Shown: positions 1 to 11,149 of the stretch, piece by piece | Position numbering within the stretch: position 1 is the first letter of the stretch | Layout: the number at the start of each line of letters is the position of its first letter | NCBI GenBank assembly: GCA_032718475.1 | Contig: JAUCBJ010007917.1 | Coordinates: 1-60,222 of the forward strand | Length of the DNA stretch: 60,222 nt | From: Nemertoderma westbladi | Lineage: Eukaryota; Animalia; Xenacoelomorpha | Direction of reading: 5' to 3' | Notes under the pieces: model-generated | What the model saw: only the letters and a program-made list of their open reading frames with translations | Told to the model about the DNA's origin: nothing | Database searches by the model: none | Program-made: the position numbers and the translations under genes

Positions 1-711
1 ACAGTTAACTTTGAAAGTCCTCAGCAAGTCTCTGATCGGATGAGCATAAGCTCAAAGGATGGTATGCTTGAGCATGTGGACGACTTCTGTTACCTGGGAT
101 CATGGATCCGGAAGTCAGGTGAGGACCTTCGAATACGTAAGGGAAAGGCATGGGCAGCCTTGAATAGGCTTTCCAGGATTTGGAAGTCACAGAGAATTAA
201 TCGGAAACTTAAGGTCCGATTATTTAGAGCAGCAGTAGTTCCAGTACTCCTCTATGGGAGTCCATGCTGGGCTCTAACTGCTGAGGACACCAAATCTCTG
301 GATGGCACATTCACAAGAATGCTACGCCGGGTTCATTGTGTCAAGTACAATGCACACATCTCCAACCAGACACTATATAACATTGGAGGTGTCTCATTGG
401 TTCCTCCAAGCTTGGCACTAGAACAAAGTCGCCTCCGCTTTGCAGGACATTGCTTTCGCCGTGAGGACCAGCCAGTGCATAATCTTGTGCTTTGGCAGCC
501 TCATGGAGTGAATAAGCATGGTGGACAGCCCATGACTTTCTTGAGACGCATCATAAAGGACACTGGCCTTGAAGATGCGGATGATCTAGCAAATGTCATG
601 GGTGATAGGCGCAATTTTGTCGACAGCGACAAGCCGGCACAGTATTCTTAATGCTGTGCATTTAATGCATGCTGCAATGCAGCATGCCGATCCTAGTAGT
701 AGTAGTAGTAG
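1..711 (+). mobile_element. 3' fragment of RTE-like non-LTR retrotransposon (RT thumb/C-terminal region, 3' hairpin, (TAG)n tail)
   Basis: ORF 40-651 has VDDFCYLGS..RKGKAWAA..KVRLFRAAVVPVLLYGS..W..RLRFAGHC, typical of the RTE ORF end. Perfect hairpin gcatgctgca-a-tgcagcatgc at 667-687; tagtagtag tail at 694-711. Confidence 0.85.
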
Positions 712-1747
712 CAGATAAGCTTTCTCTTAGCGCAGTGGGTATTCAAGAGCACTGAATGCAGACTGGACAGACTGATGAGGTTCTGATTAAGGACATGGGG
801 TGGTTGGCGACTCGCCCTCGCGTCAGCAGATGATAGTGGCAATGGTGGAATTGGTCTATTGATGAATCCAACTGCACATGCAGCATTAGACTAATTTCTA
901 CCACAATCTACAAGCAGCTACTGATGGAGTGGATCAGCATGCATTCTTAACATTACTGGGAGACTTTAATGCTAGTCTGCATCAATCACCTACATCGCCC
1001 TGGGTCTATAGCGATAATGTTAATGTAAATATATAATTAAATAATGGAAATGGGTTGTTTTCGGCTGGAACCCAATTCAAGAAACCAACTGGAAAGCTAT
1101 GGACTCATAGTGGACCCAGTGGTCACAAGTCCCAGATAGACCATATTCTGTTTCGTAGGAAGTACAGAAGCTCTATACAAGACTGTAATGCATTTACACT
1201 TCGACCCTTCTCCAGTGATCACCGCCTTATTGTGGCCAAGGTAAGACTTAGTCTGCGTGCTAGCAGAACAACGAAATCTGCCTTGCCGCGGCATGACTGC
1301 GACTGGTCCTCTCTGTTGCCACAGCCAAGTGTGAGATCCAGCTCCACACTACAGCTGAGCAACAGGTATGAGGCTCTTGCCTCTGAGGCGGCAGATCACT
1401 GTGAGGGCTATACTGCCTTCACAGAAGCAGTTAAGTTATCAGCTGCAGAAACAGTTCCTGTATACCCTCGAAACAGGAAAAGGGCCCCCTGGACTGACAA
1501 CAAAATTCAGAAGTGCCGAAATGACCTTCATAAGGCGCAGAAAGAGTCCCGACTCAAACAGACTACAGCGGCCAAGAATGCAGTTAAGGCTGCATCTAGG
1601 TCCCTGAACAGGCAGTACTCTGCTAATCTACAGGAGCTAATAAACCAACAGGTTGATGCCATCAATGATGCTGACGACAGCAGGCAATCATCCCAGGCAT
1701 GGAAATCGATCAATCTGCTTACTGGGCAGAAACATGGTGTGTTGTAG
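712..1747 (+). pseudogene. Degenerate LINE apurinic endonuclease C-terminus and linker
   Basis: ORF 1055-1747 has WTH..SQIDHIL..SSDHRLIVAKVRL (APE motifs). An upstream GDFNA-coding stretch lies near 958-972; stops and deletions present. Confidence 0.75.
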
Positions 1748-1822
1748 CCTTGGTTACATGTGTGTTGTAGTCTTGGTTTCCTGTGTATTGTAGCCTTGGT
1801 TACCTGTGTGTTGTAGTCTTAG
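1737..1822. repeat. Short tandem repeat (~21-bp unit tgtgttgtagYcttggttacc, about 4 copies)
   Basis: Visible directly in the sequence. Confidence 0.7.
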
Positions 1823-2785
1823 GTTAATATTTTCTAAAGCTACTTTACAATGTTGCAATATAATAATTATATACTGTACTTACAATTTGTATAAATATGA
1901 GTTTGTATTTTGTGCCATACTAAGCGTTCTATAACTACAAGGACATGTAGTCATGTGCAACCCGAGACTGATTAAGGGGATAATTTATGTAATATACAAT
2001 AATTTAGGGATGAAATAATTGACCGAATTACAACAAATGCCCTTTTCTAGAGCATTCCATACATACATTAATTATAATTATTCTAAATATAGTGTAAATT
2101 CTGCCTCCAGACAGCCTCGAGTCCGATACTGACTTGATCTTGCAGTTTTAGTTCGCAATGTTTTATATTATTTATGTTATAGACTTTTTAATGTAGACTT
2201 TCATATTTTTTACTTTGTTTACATATTTAGTAAAACAAATAATATTGCGTTGCTATTTAAGAATTTATTATAAATGTTTACTTATTTGTATTGAATTAAT
2301 TTCGCACTACCAAATCTCCAGGGCGACATATTTTCCAACTTTATATTGCAGTGCGACATTATTTCTCACTAGTTCCTACGCCATATGTTAAAATGATGTA
2401 CAGAATTCCCAGTATTTCACTGCGTCATTCTAATTATAATCAATGGGGTTAATAACTATTTCTTTTACAAAAAGAAAGTACTATAATTTTGTCCGATTTT
2501 TTATCCGCATTTTCGAGGAATAGTAGAATGCACATTTGTGTAGTAGAATGCACATTTTTTCCGAGGAATAAATATGCACTTTCTACTATTTCGAGGAAAT
2601 GCGGATTAAAAATTAAAAACTGAAAAATTACAGATAAATAAACAACCCGTGTTCTTCATTTCGATACATTACGGTACGTTGTTGTTACAATCCAAAGCGT
2701 CGACAAACTTGTATTCCACTACCGAGGTCAGACAAATAACAATAGGGGAGGCGGAATCCACACGCTGCTGTGTGGTATCTGCCTC

Positions 2786-4054
2786 TCACAATATTATTTG
2801 CAAACACATTTCGCGCTCTCTATCCTTCCTCAAATCCTCTTCTCCACTTTCCTGACCTTCACTTTCTTCATCCTCTTCCCCGTCTTCACTTTCTTCATCC
2901 TCTTCCTGTTTGTGACGGGATCAGGGATCCCGACCGGGTTGTTATAGTACGCATCACCGTTCTGCTTGGGGATCGTGCTAACAGCTTTGGCCGAGGCCGT
3001 AGGGGAAAACAATAAGAGTTTGATGTTGTCTTTCGATATTAGTAAATACACGCGGTGATAGCACAATATAATAAAAATAATGCAGAAATACAGATAAAAT
3101 AGTTACCGGTATGGCAGTGTCAGTCAATAACTATGACCGGTCTGCCCTAAACTGAATAACAGAACTGATACACCAATCCAACAATCTGAGATAATATATG
3201 GTTAATACATTGAATATTGCTTCACCTTCTTACTCTACTTTGGCCTTCTACCCAATGGATGCTTTCCTGTTCCCTATCACGTGCTTCCCTCCCTTCTATT
3301 GGCTAATACGCTACTTGTCAACTTGGCACTCTCTGGGAGTGTTTCCCCTCCGCTGCTAGCCTCTACTAGCTGCCTTCCCTCCGAGGTGGTTTGACCTCTC
3401 ACCTCTCTCTGTGGCTTTGGGGCTTGTGTCACCCCCCCCCCCCCCCCCAATGTTGGTTATGAGACGAGATTAATATTGGTAATCTCGTCTCCCCAACATA
3501 TTGCTAAATGCCACTGGTCCCATTTTCTGGTGGGTAATGAAGTGGAATTGAAACCGCTTACACTGTTCTTCACTTTCTTCATCCTCTTCCTGTTCTTCAC
3601 TTTCTTCATTTTCTTCCTGACCTTCGCTATCTTCACCCTCTTCTTGACCTTCACTTTCTTCATCCTCTTCCTGATCTTCACTTTCTTCGTTCTCAACTTC
3701 ACTCTCTTCAACTTCATCCTGACCCTCACTATTTTCATTCTCCATCTCATCATCCTCTTCTTCTCCATCTTTCTCACTCAAATTTTCCTCATTTTCTAGG
3801 GGTAACTGTTTTTGTATCCCTTTCAAAATATTCATAACTTTATGAAATTTATTTTCCATTGTCTGTTTTATCTTTAATATATCACGCTCATCTCTCTTTT
3901 TCTTTTCATCTTCACTAAAATTATCTTCGGATTTTTTAAATTTTTTTGGTAAAGGAGCCATTAGTTTTTCCTTTCTATGTGTTTCCATATGACGAGATAA
4001 ATTGTCTTGTCTCATCTCTTTATTACAAAGCAAACAACTTTTATGTCTATGCAT
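2786..4054 (-). pseudogene. C2H2 zinc-finger plus Glu/Asp-rich protein, interrupted by a solo LTR (copy 1)
   Basis: N-terminal CLLCNKEMRQDNLSRHMETH and a long EEDEESE tract. Removing 2911-3567 restores the frame (..EEQEEDEESEDG..EMCLQIIL*, stop 2786-2788). Confidence 0.65.
2911..3562 (-). mobile_element. Solo LTR of BEL/Pao family 2 with 5-bp TSD CTGTT
   Basis: TG..CA termini (element sense TGTAAGCG...GATCCCGTCACA). CTGTT at 2906-2910 and 3563-3567. Termini match the LTRs at 12259-12856 and 43415-44009. Confidence 0.85.
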
Positions 4055-4177
4055 TTTTATAGCAATGTCAATTGATAATATTGAATTTTAGCTAAATGAT
4101 TTTACAAAATTTTAAATAGATAAAACTTTTATGAAAATAAATAAAACTTTTTAATATAAAACTTAGAGAATGAATGG

Positions 4178-4340
4178 GGGCTATTATAGAGGGAGGCTAG
4201 AATGGATTATCCAATCAGAGTGCGAGGGTGAGTTAGGCAACCAATCAGGACTCGAGGGAGGAAAGTTAGACAGCCAATGAGAGAGCAGATGCGAGTACAG
4301 TGGTAAAGCGCCCGCCCATCCATGGTGAGATAACGTCACA
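4178..4340 (-). promoter_or_regulatory. Putative Pol II promoter of the C2H2/acidic ORF (TATA-like site and three CCAAT boxes)
   Basis: CCAAT at 4211, 4241 and 4274 (30-33 bp spacing); TATA-like site at ~4181-4190; CRE-like taacgtca at 4331. Repeated at 8006/8036/8069. Confidence 0.5.
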
Positions 4341-4495
4341 CTAACTCTCAAGGATAGTTTTAATCACCATTCAAATATCCCTCGCAAACCAGATTCCCCC
4401 CAGCATCTAAAGTATTCCACTTAAATGCAAAATATATAGAGCTTTAGTTGGATTTGAACCTGTGCTTGTAAACTCTTTTGTGCTCGTATATTGAA

Positions 4496-5710
4496 GTGAG
4501 GCATAGACTATGCCTCACTGAGGCATAGTCTATGCCTCAGTTACTCAGTGATGCATAGTCTATGCCTCAGTGAGGCAGAGTCTATGCCTCAGTGCCTCAG
4601 TGAGGCACTGAGTGAGGCATAGTCTATGCCTCAGTGAGTCATAGTCTATGCCTCAGTGCCTCAGTGAGGCATAGTCTATGCCTCAGTGAGGCATAGTCTA
4701 TGCCTCAGTGCCTCAGTGAGGCATAGTCTATGCCTCAGTGAGGCATAGTCTATGCCTCAGTGCCTCAGTGAGGCATAGTCTATGCCTCAGTTAGGCATAG
4801 TCTATGCCTCAGTGAGGCATAGTCTATGCCTCAGTGAGGCATAGTCTATATCTCAGTGCCTCAGTGAGGCATAGTCTATGCCTCAGTGAGCCATAGTCTA
4901 TGCATCATTGCCTCAGTGAGGCATAGTCTATGCCTCAGTGAGGCATAGTCTATGCCTCAGTGCCTCAGTAAGACATAGTCTATGCCTCAGTGAGTCATAG
5001 TCTATGCCTCAGTGATGCATAGTCTATGCCTCAGTGCCTCAGTGAGGCATAGTCTATGCCTCAGTGAGGCATAGTCTATGTCTCAGTGCCTCAGTGAAGC
5101 ATAGTCTATGCCTCAGTGAGGCATAGTCTATGCCTCAGTGAGCCATAGTCTATGCCGCATTGCCTCAGTGAGGCATAGTCTATGCCTCAGTGAGGCATAG
5201 TCTATGCCTCAGTGCCTCAGTGAGGCATAGTCATGCCTCAGTGAGGCATAGTCTATGTCTCAGTGAGGCATAGTCTATGCCTCACTGAGTCATAGTCTAT
5301 GCCTCAGTGAGGCATAGTCTATGCCTCAGTGCCTCAGTGAGGCATAGTCTATGCCTCAGTGCCTCAGTGAGGCATAGTCTATGCCTCAGTGCCTCAGTGA
5401 GGCATAGTCTATGCCTCGGTGAGCCATAGTCTATGCATCATTGCCTCAGTGAGGCATAGTCTATGCCTCAGTGCCTCAGTAAGGCATAGTCTATGCCTCA
5501 GTGAGTCATAGTCTATGACTCAGTGAGGCATAGTCTATGCCTCAGTGCCTCAGTGAGGCATAGTCTATGCCTCAGTGCCTCAGTGAGGCATAGTCTATGC
5601 CTCAGTGCCTCAGTGAGGCATAGTCTATGCCTCAGTGAGCCATAGTCTATGCCTCAATGCCTCAGTGAGGCATTGTCTATGCCTCAGTGCCTCAGTAAGG
5701 CATAGTCTGT
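4496..5710. repeat. Palindromic minisatellite, 22-bp unit GTGAGGCATAGTCTATGCCTCA with optional GTGCCTCA (array 1)
   Basis: TGAGGCATAG-N-CTATGCCTCA is a 10-bp inverted repeat with a 1-nt centre; dozens of tandem copies. Confidence 0.95.
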
Positions 5711-5724
5711 GTCAGGTCTTAAAT

Positions 5725-7342
5725 GACACAGACCCCCCCCCCCCCCCCCCGCCCATACGGTTACACCAGTCCTGGGTCTGTTATCCAGTGCCTGTAAGTG
5801 GGGTATTAACAAACGTTTCCACAACTTCTGGCTCCCCATAAATACTACCCGAGCCAGCCTCACTCTCAGATAATCCCAACTGCGCCAGTTCTAATCGGCG
5901 CTTTTGCTTAGCCTGATATTGCATAAGCCCCCTTAGCCGGGCATGCATATCATCCCGCATACGCTTTCCCACTCTCTCTCTCTCTCTATCTTCTCGCAAA
6001 CTTTGGTTCGCTAATTCTATCTCTCTCGCCTCCCGCTCTCTACGCTCGTTCTCTACTCTCGCCTCTCGCTCTTTACGCTCGTTTGTCTCTCTCTCTTCTT
6101 GCTCTCTACAGTTCCTCGCCACCCTCTCAGCCCTCTCTCTACATTCCCTCGCTAACTCTCTCTCTTTCTCTAATAACGCAGTTCCCTCATCCAGCTGCCT
6201 CTCTAACTCATTCTGGTCCAGCACCACCATGTCTAGTTGACACGCCAGATCTATCTCTAACACCCTTCTTGCTTTCGCGGAGGATGTAGCGGACTTATCG
6301 GTCGCGACGGACTCCCGTCGCCTCTCTGTCCTACTAACTTTCCCCCGCTTTCTGGGGTTCTCGCTAACCGACGAGACCGAATCCTCGGGGTTAACCTCGG
6401 GTTCGCCCTCATGCGGATCCGCCCAACCCACTAACTTAATTCCCCTAGCATCCACTAAATAAGGCCCTACGTACACTACCCCAGGCTCCATTACCCCGGA
6501 CCGCCACAATTCAAAGAGTTCCGTGGCGACCCCCCTCGCTCTCTCACTCGCCAGTTCTCACTGTCCAAAACGGACTAAATATCGAAAATGTTTATTCGAC
6601 TCACCTAGCCTTTGGTGTAATTTAGGCTGGTCTACCTTTCTCCCTTCTCTGGCCTCCTTCAGTAACTTCTTGGTGGCGTTGTAGGTCCGTCATAGCCGAT
6701 CACTCGTCCTGACGTCCTCTTCGCCGACTCCTCCTCCTCTCCTGGTTCGGCGTCGTACCGGTGGCCCCACCGTCGCTGTTCCGGTGGGCCATCCATCGCC
6801 CTCGGCCTGTGGCTGGCCGGCGACTTCGGTACTCCGACCGCCGTCGTGCGTCGACTTGTCTCCCGCTTGTGGTTGACGGCCACCCTCCGCTTGGGCAGCC
6901 GGATTGTCCCTTGTTGGCAAATCCGGCGTGGCAGGCTGATACCATCTCGTCGCGGCCTCACAGATTGTTTGGTTGGTGTCGTCCATAATATTGCTTCACC
7001 TTCTTACTCTACTTTGGCCTTCTACCCAATGGATGCTTTCCTGTTCCCTATCACGTGCTTCCCTCCCTTCTATTGGCTAATACACTACTTGTCACCTTGG
7101 CACTCTCTGGGAGTGTTTCACCTCCGCTGCTAGCCTCTACTAGCTGCCTTCCCTCCGAGGTGGTTATGACCTCTCACCTCTCTCTGTGGCTTTGGGGCTT
7201 GTGTCACCCCCCCCCCCCCCCCCCCCCCAATGTTGGTTATGAGACGAGATTAATATTGGTAATCTCGTCTCCCCAACATATTGCTAAATGCCACTGGTCC
7301 CATTTTCTGGTGGGTAATGAAGTGGAATTGAATCCGCTTACA
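5725..7342 (-). mobile_element. Truncated 5' part of BEL/Pao family 2 (partial LTR 6987-7342 plus degenerate gag N-terminus)
   Basis: ORFs 5781-6509 and 6690-6986 match ORF 44378-45529 (VVYxGPYLVDARGIKLVGW..EVNPEDSVSS). The LTR ends at 7342 followed by CTGTT. Confidence 0.8.
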
Positions 7343-7358
7343 CTGTTCTTCACTTTCT

Positions 7359-7835
7359 TCATCCCTCTTCCTGTTCTTCACTTTCTTCATTTTCTTCCTG
7401 AACTTCGCTATCTTCACCCTCTTCTTGACCTTCACTTTCTTCATCCTCTTCCTGATCTTCACTTTCTTCGTTCTCAACTTCACTCTCTTCAACTTCATCC
7501 TGACCCTCACTATTTTCATTCTCCATCTCATCATCCCCTTCTTCTCCATCTTTCTCACTCAAATTTTCCTCATTTTCTAGGGGTAACTGTTTTTGTATCC
7601 CTTTCAAAATATTCATAACTTTATGAAATTTATTTTCCATTGTCTGTTTTATATTTAATATATCACCCTCATCTCTCTTTTTCTTTTCATCTTCACTAAA
7701 ATTATCTTCGGATTTTTTAAATTTTTTTGGTAAATGAGCCATTAGTTTTTCCTTTCTATGTGTTTCCATATGACAAGATAAATTGTCTTGTCTCATTTCT
7801 TTATTACAAACCAAACAACTTTCATGTCTATGCAT
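7359..7835 (-). pseudogene. C2H2 zinc-finger plus acidic protein (copy 2, truncated by the LTR)
   Basis: MHRHESCLVCNKEMRQDNLSCHMETH.. is near-identical to ORF 3470-4054. Confidence 0.65.
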
Positions 7836-8290
7836 TATATAGCAATGTCAATTGATAATATTGAATTTTAGCTAAATGATTTTACAAAATTTTAAATAGA
7901 TAAAGCTTTTATGAAAATAAATAAAACTTTTTAATATAAAACTTAGAGAATGAATGGGAATGCGTTGAATGGGGGCTATTATAGAGGGAGGCTAGAATGG
8001 ATTATCCAATCAGAGTGCGAGGGTGAGTTAGGCAGCCAATCAGGACTCGTGGGAGGAAAGTTAGACAGCCAATGAGAGAGCAGATACGAGTACAGTGGTA
8101 AAGCGCCCGCCCATCCATGGTGAGATAACGTCATACTAACTCTCAAGGATAGTTTTACTCACCATTCAAATATCCCTCGCAAACCAGATTCCCCCCAGCA
8201 TCTAAAGTATTCTACTTAAATGCAAAATATATAGAGCTTTAGTTGGATTTGAACCTGTGCTTGTAAACTCTTTTGTGCTCGTATATTGAA

Positions 8291-8933
8291 GTGAGGCATA
8301 GACTATGCCTCACTGAGGCATAGACTATGCCTCACTGAGGCATAGTCTATGCCTCAGTTACTCAGTGAGGCATAGTCTATGCCTCAGTTACTCAGTGAGG
8401 CATAGTCTATGCCTCAGTGAGGCAGAGTCTATGCCTCAGTGCCTCAGTGAGGCACTGAGTGAGGCATAGTCTATGCCTCAGTGAGTCATAGTCTATGCCT
8501 CAGTGAGGCATAGTCTATGCCTCAGTGAGGCATAGTCTATATCTCAGTGCCTCAGTGAGGCATAGTCTATGCCTCAGTGAGCCATAGTCTATGCATCATT
8601 GCCTCAGTGAGGCATAGTCTATGCCTCAGTGCCTCAGTAAGACATAGTCTATGCCTCAGTGAGGCATAGTCTATGCCTCAGTGCCTCAGTGAGGCATAGT
8701 CTATGCCTCAGTGCCTCAGTGAGGCATAGGCTATGCCTCAGTGCCTCAGTGAGGCATAGTCTATGCCTCAGTGAGGCATAGTCTATGTCTCAGTGAGGCA
8801 TAGTCTATGCCTCAATGCCTCAGTGAAGCATAGTCTATGCCTCAGTGAGGCATAGTCTATGCCTCAGTGCCTCAGTGAGGCATAGTCTATGCCTCAGTGA
8901 GGCATAGTCTATGCCTCAGTGAGCCATAGTCTG
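8291..8933. repeat. Palindromic minisatellite array 2
   Basis: Same unit as 4496-5710. Confidence 0.95.
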
Positions 8934-8995
8934 TGTCAGGTCTTAAATGAGAGTCTTACAAATCCGAACGTCAACGAACAAATTCGAAGGTTACT

Positions 8996-9069
8996 GTTCC
9001 ACCTTGGTGTAGTGGTTGCGTTGAATTCACATCTCCCGTATGTCATGGGTTCGATCCCTGCATGAACCA
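8996..9069 (+). ncRNA. tRNA-derived sequence (SINE head or tRNA pseudogene)
   Basis: A-box TGGTGTAGTGG and B-box GGTTCGATCCC, ending ..AACCA; no clean anticodon arm. Confidence 0.5.
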
Positions 9070-9159
9070 GGGCAGTTTTCGTTCGGTCAGCAATAGGCCT
9101 AACGTTGCAAAATGCAGTATTATTGCCTAGTAACCAATTCATGGCTACCATATGGTTTT

Positions 9160-9810
9160 CACTTTGAGACATTTCGCCCTCTAGCGGCAGACTGGGAACT
9201 TCAGAATACTCTGTGACTCTGCAAAAGATATAGCCCATATTGTAATAGATATCGATTGGGGGGTCAAAATTAAGTAATAATATATCTAAATAAGTCTCAA
9301 ACATCTTGCCTCATGGCTCGCCCCTTAGAACTCTTAAGCAATATTACTTCATAGTTTTGCGGATTGTAAATAACAAAGCTAGAGAAGATGTTAATTTCAA
9401 ATAATACGCCCTCTAGCGGCAGACAGGGGAACTTCAGACTACTCTATGACTCCGCAAAAGATATGGCCTATGCCGTAGTAGATGCCGATTGGGGGGTCAA
9501 AATTAAGTAATAATATATGTAAATAAGCCTCAAACATCTTGCCTCATGGCTTGCCCCTTAGAACTCTTAAGCAATATAACTTCATAGTTTTGCGGATTGT
9601 AAATAACATAGCTAGAGAAGATGTTAATTTTCAAATAATAACCCTCTAGCGGCAGACAGGGGAACTTCAGACTACTCTATGTCTCCGCAAAAGATATGGC
9701 CTATACCGTATAGATGCCTACCGAGTTTAAACCTATTCGGAATGAAAATAACAAGGTTAGAGAAGATGTTAATTTTCAGATCATACACCCTCTAGCGGCA
9801 GACTATGGAA
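9160..9810. repeat. Tandem repeat of ~233-bp unit (about 3 copies)
   Basis: ccctctagcggcagac recurs at about 9177, 9409, 9642 and 9788. Confidence 0.8.
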
Positions 9811-10189
9811 CTGCAGATGGCTGGATATAGGTAAGAGTAATTAGTAATCAGATGTGTCACGAGAGGGGGGGGGGGGGGGGGGGCGCTTGGATACAACTAT
9901 TATTAATAAGCTGTTGTTTGGTTAAAGCTAATTGGGGGTCAAAGGTCAATGATAAAGCTGTCTGGATATAGATAAGAGTAATTAGTTACCAGTAAGGGAG
10001 CTGTATACCCTATGTCTAAGTATAACGAGATGAAAGTCAATGAGGTCATATAGAAACCAATATATAAAACTAATTATTGGTAAATCTAAAATATAGTACA
10101 ATTAAATAAATACAAATAAATAAATTAAAATTAAATACAAATAAATTAGGTATTAATAAATAAATTTAACACTTTTACAACTTTAATGT

Positions 10190-10810
10190 TGATGGAAACT
10201 TGACAACCATTGATAATAATCAACTAAGGAAGGTCGATGACTTCCAGTACCTTGGATCATGGATAGAGAGTAGCAAAAAGGACATAGAAGTTAGGAAAGC
10301 AAAGGCTTGGGTAGCTCTATCAAAAATGGATACCATCTGGAAATCAGATCTCTCCAGGCACCTGAAGACTAAGTTCCTTCGAGCCACAGTGGAAAGTGTA
10401 TTTTTATACGGGGGTGAGACCTGGACACTGACTAAATCACTTGAACAACGAATTGATGGTTGCTACACAAGACTACTAAGGGCAGCCCTAAACATCAGCT
10501 GGAGACAACACATGACAAACGCCGAGCTTTATGGTACAATACCACCTGTATCAACCACCCTTCGTGAATGCAGATTAAGATTCAGTGGGCACTGCTGGTG
10601 AAGTAAAGACGAGGTCATACCAGATCTACTTCTCTGGCAAACAACTCATGGAAAGCGTAGTCGTGGACGACCTGCCATAACATATATAGATCAACTTGAA
10701 AGGGATACTGAACTTGGGAGAAACGAAATTGCAGCAATTATGGAGAATCAGGAAGCCTGGAAGGATCTCATTTCCACTGTCCGAGTTCGCTCGACCTAGT
10801 AGTAGTAGTA
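10190..10810 (+). mobile_element. 3' fragment of a second RTE-like LINE subfamily with (TAG)n tail
   Basis: ORF 10200-10601 has VDDFQYLGS..RKAKAW..ATVESVFLYGGETWTL..RLRFSGHCW; the frame continues after a stop; tagtagtag tail at ~10797-10810. Confidence 0.85.
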
Positions 10811-10852
10811 ATAAATAAAAGAACTGCGGTGTCACTTATGACACCCTCTTGA

Positions 10853-11137
10853 GCCGGCTTTGTGACAGTTGGACAACACTGATGACCCATTGAGTGTCAG
10901 GGCGCTAATCAGTCTGATTAATTAGGATAATCAATTAAACCCTAATTAGGAGTCGTAAGACACCTATTAGGGTTTAATTGTACTAATAAATTGATGACAC
11001 CTATCAATTAGGGTCTAATTAGCCTAATTGGGAGGTGTCACCCAGGCAGTCTGGCGCCAATGACACCCTATGGGTGATAATTGGGTGTCATATGACACCC
11101 AATGGGTGTCAGTATGGTCCAAGTGTCACAAAGCCGC
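10853..11137. mobile_element. MITE/foldback-like element with ~45-bp imperfect terminal inverted repeats
   Basis: cggctttgtgacagttggac..cccattgagtgtca is mirrored by tgacacccaatggg..gtccaagtgtcacaaagccg; internal TGACACC/GGTGTCA palindromes. Confidence 0.55.
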
Positions 11138-11149
11138 CCAAAACCCTAC

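Larger units (their letters stand above)
6987..8950. repeat. Segmental duplicate of 3213-5725 (half LTR, zinc-finger/acidic ORF, promoter, palindromic array)
   Basis: Near-identical from aatattgcttcacc to gtcaggtcttaaatga; the minisatellite array is shorter in this copy. Confidence 0.9.

Noticed and set aside
2830-7618. Lys/Arg-rich and Phe/Leu-rich ORFs overlapping the acidic ORF
   Set aside because: Alternate-frame and antisense shadows of the GAA-rich repeat.
4496-8933. Palindromic repeats as CRISPR
   Set aside because: No unique spacers; pure tandem minisatellite.
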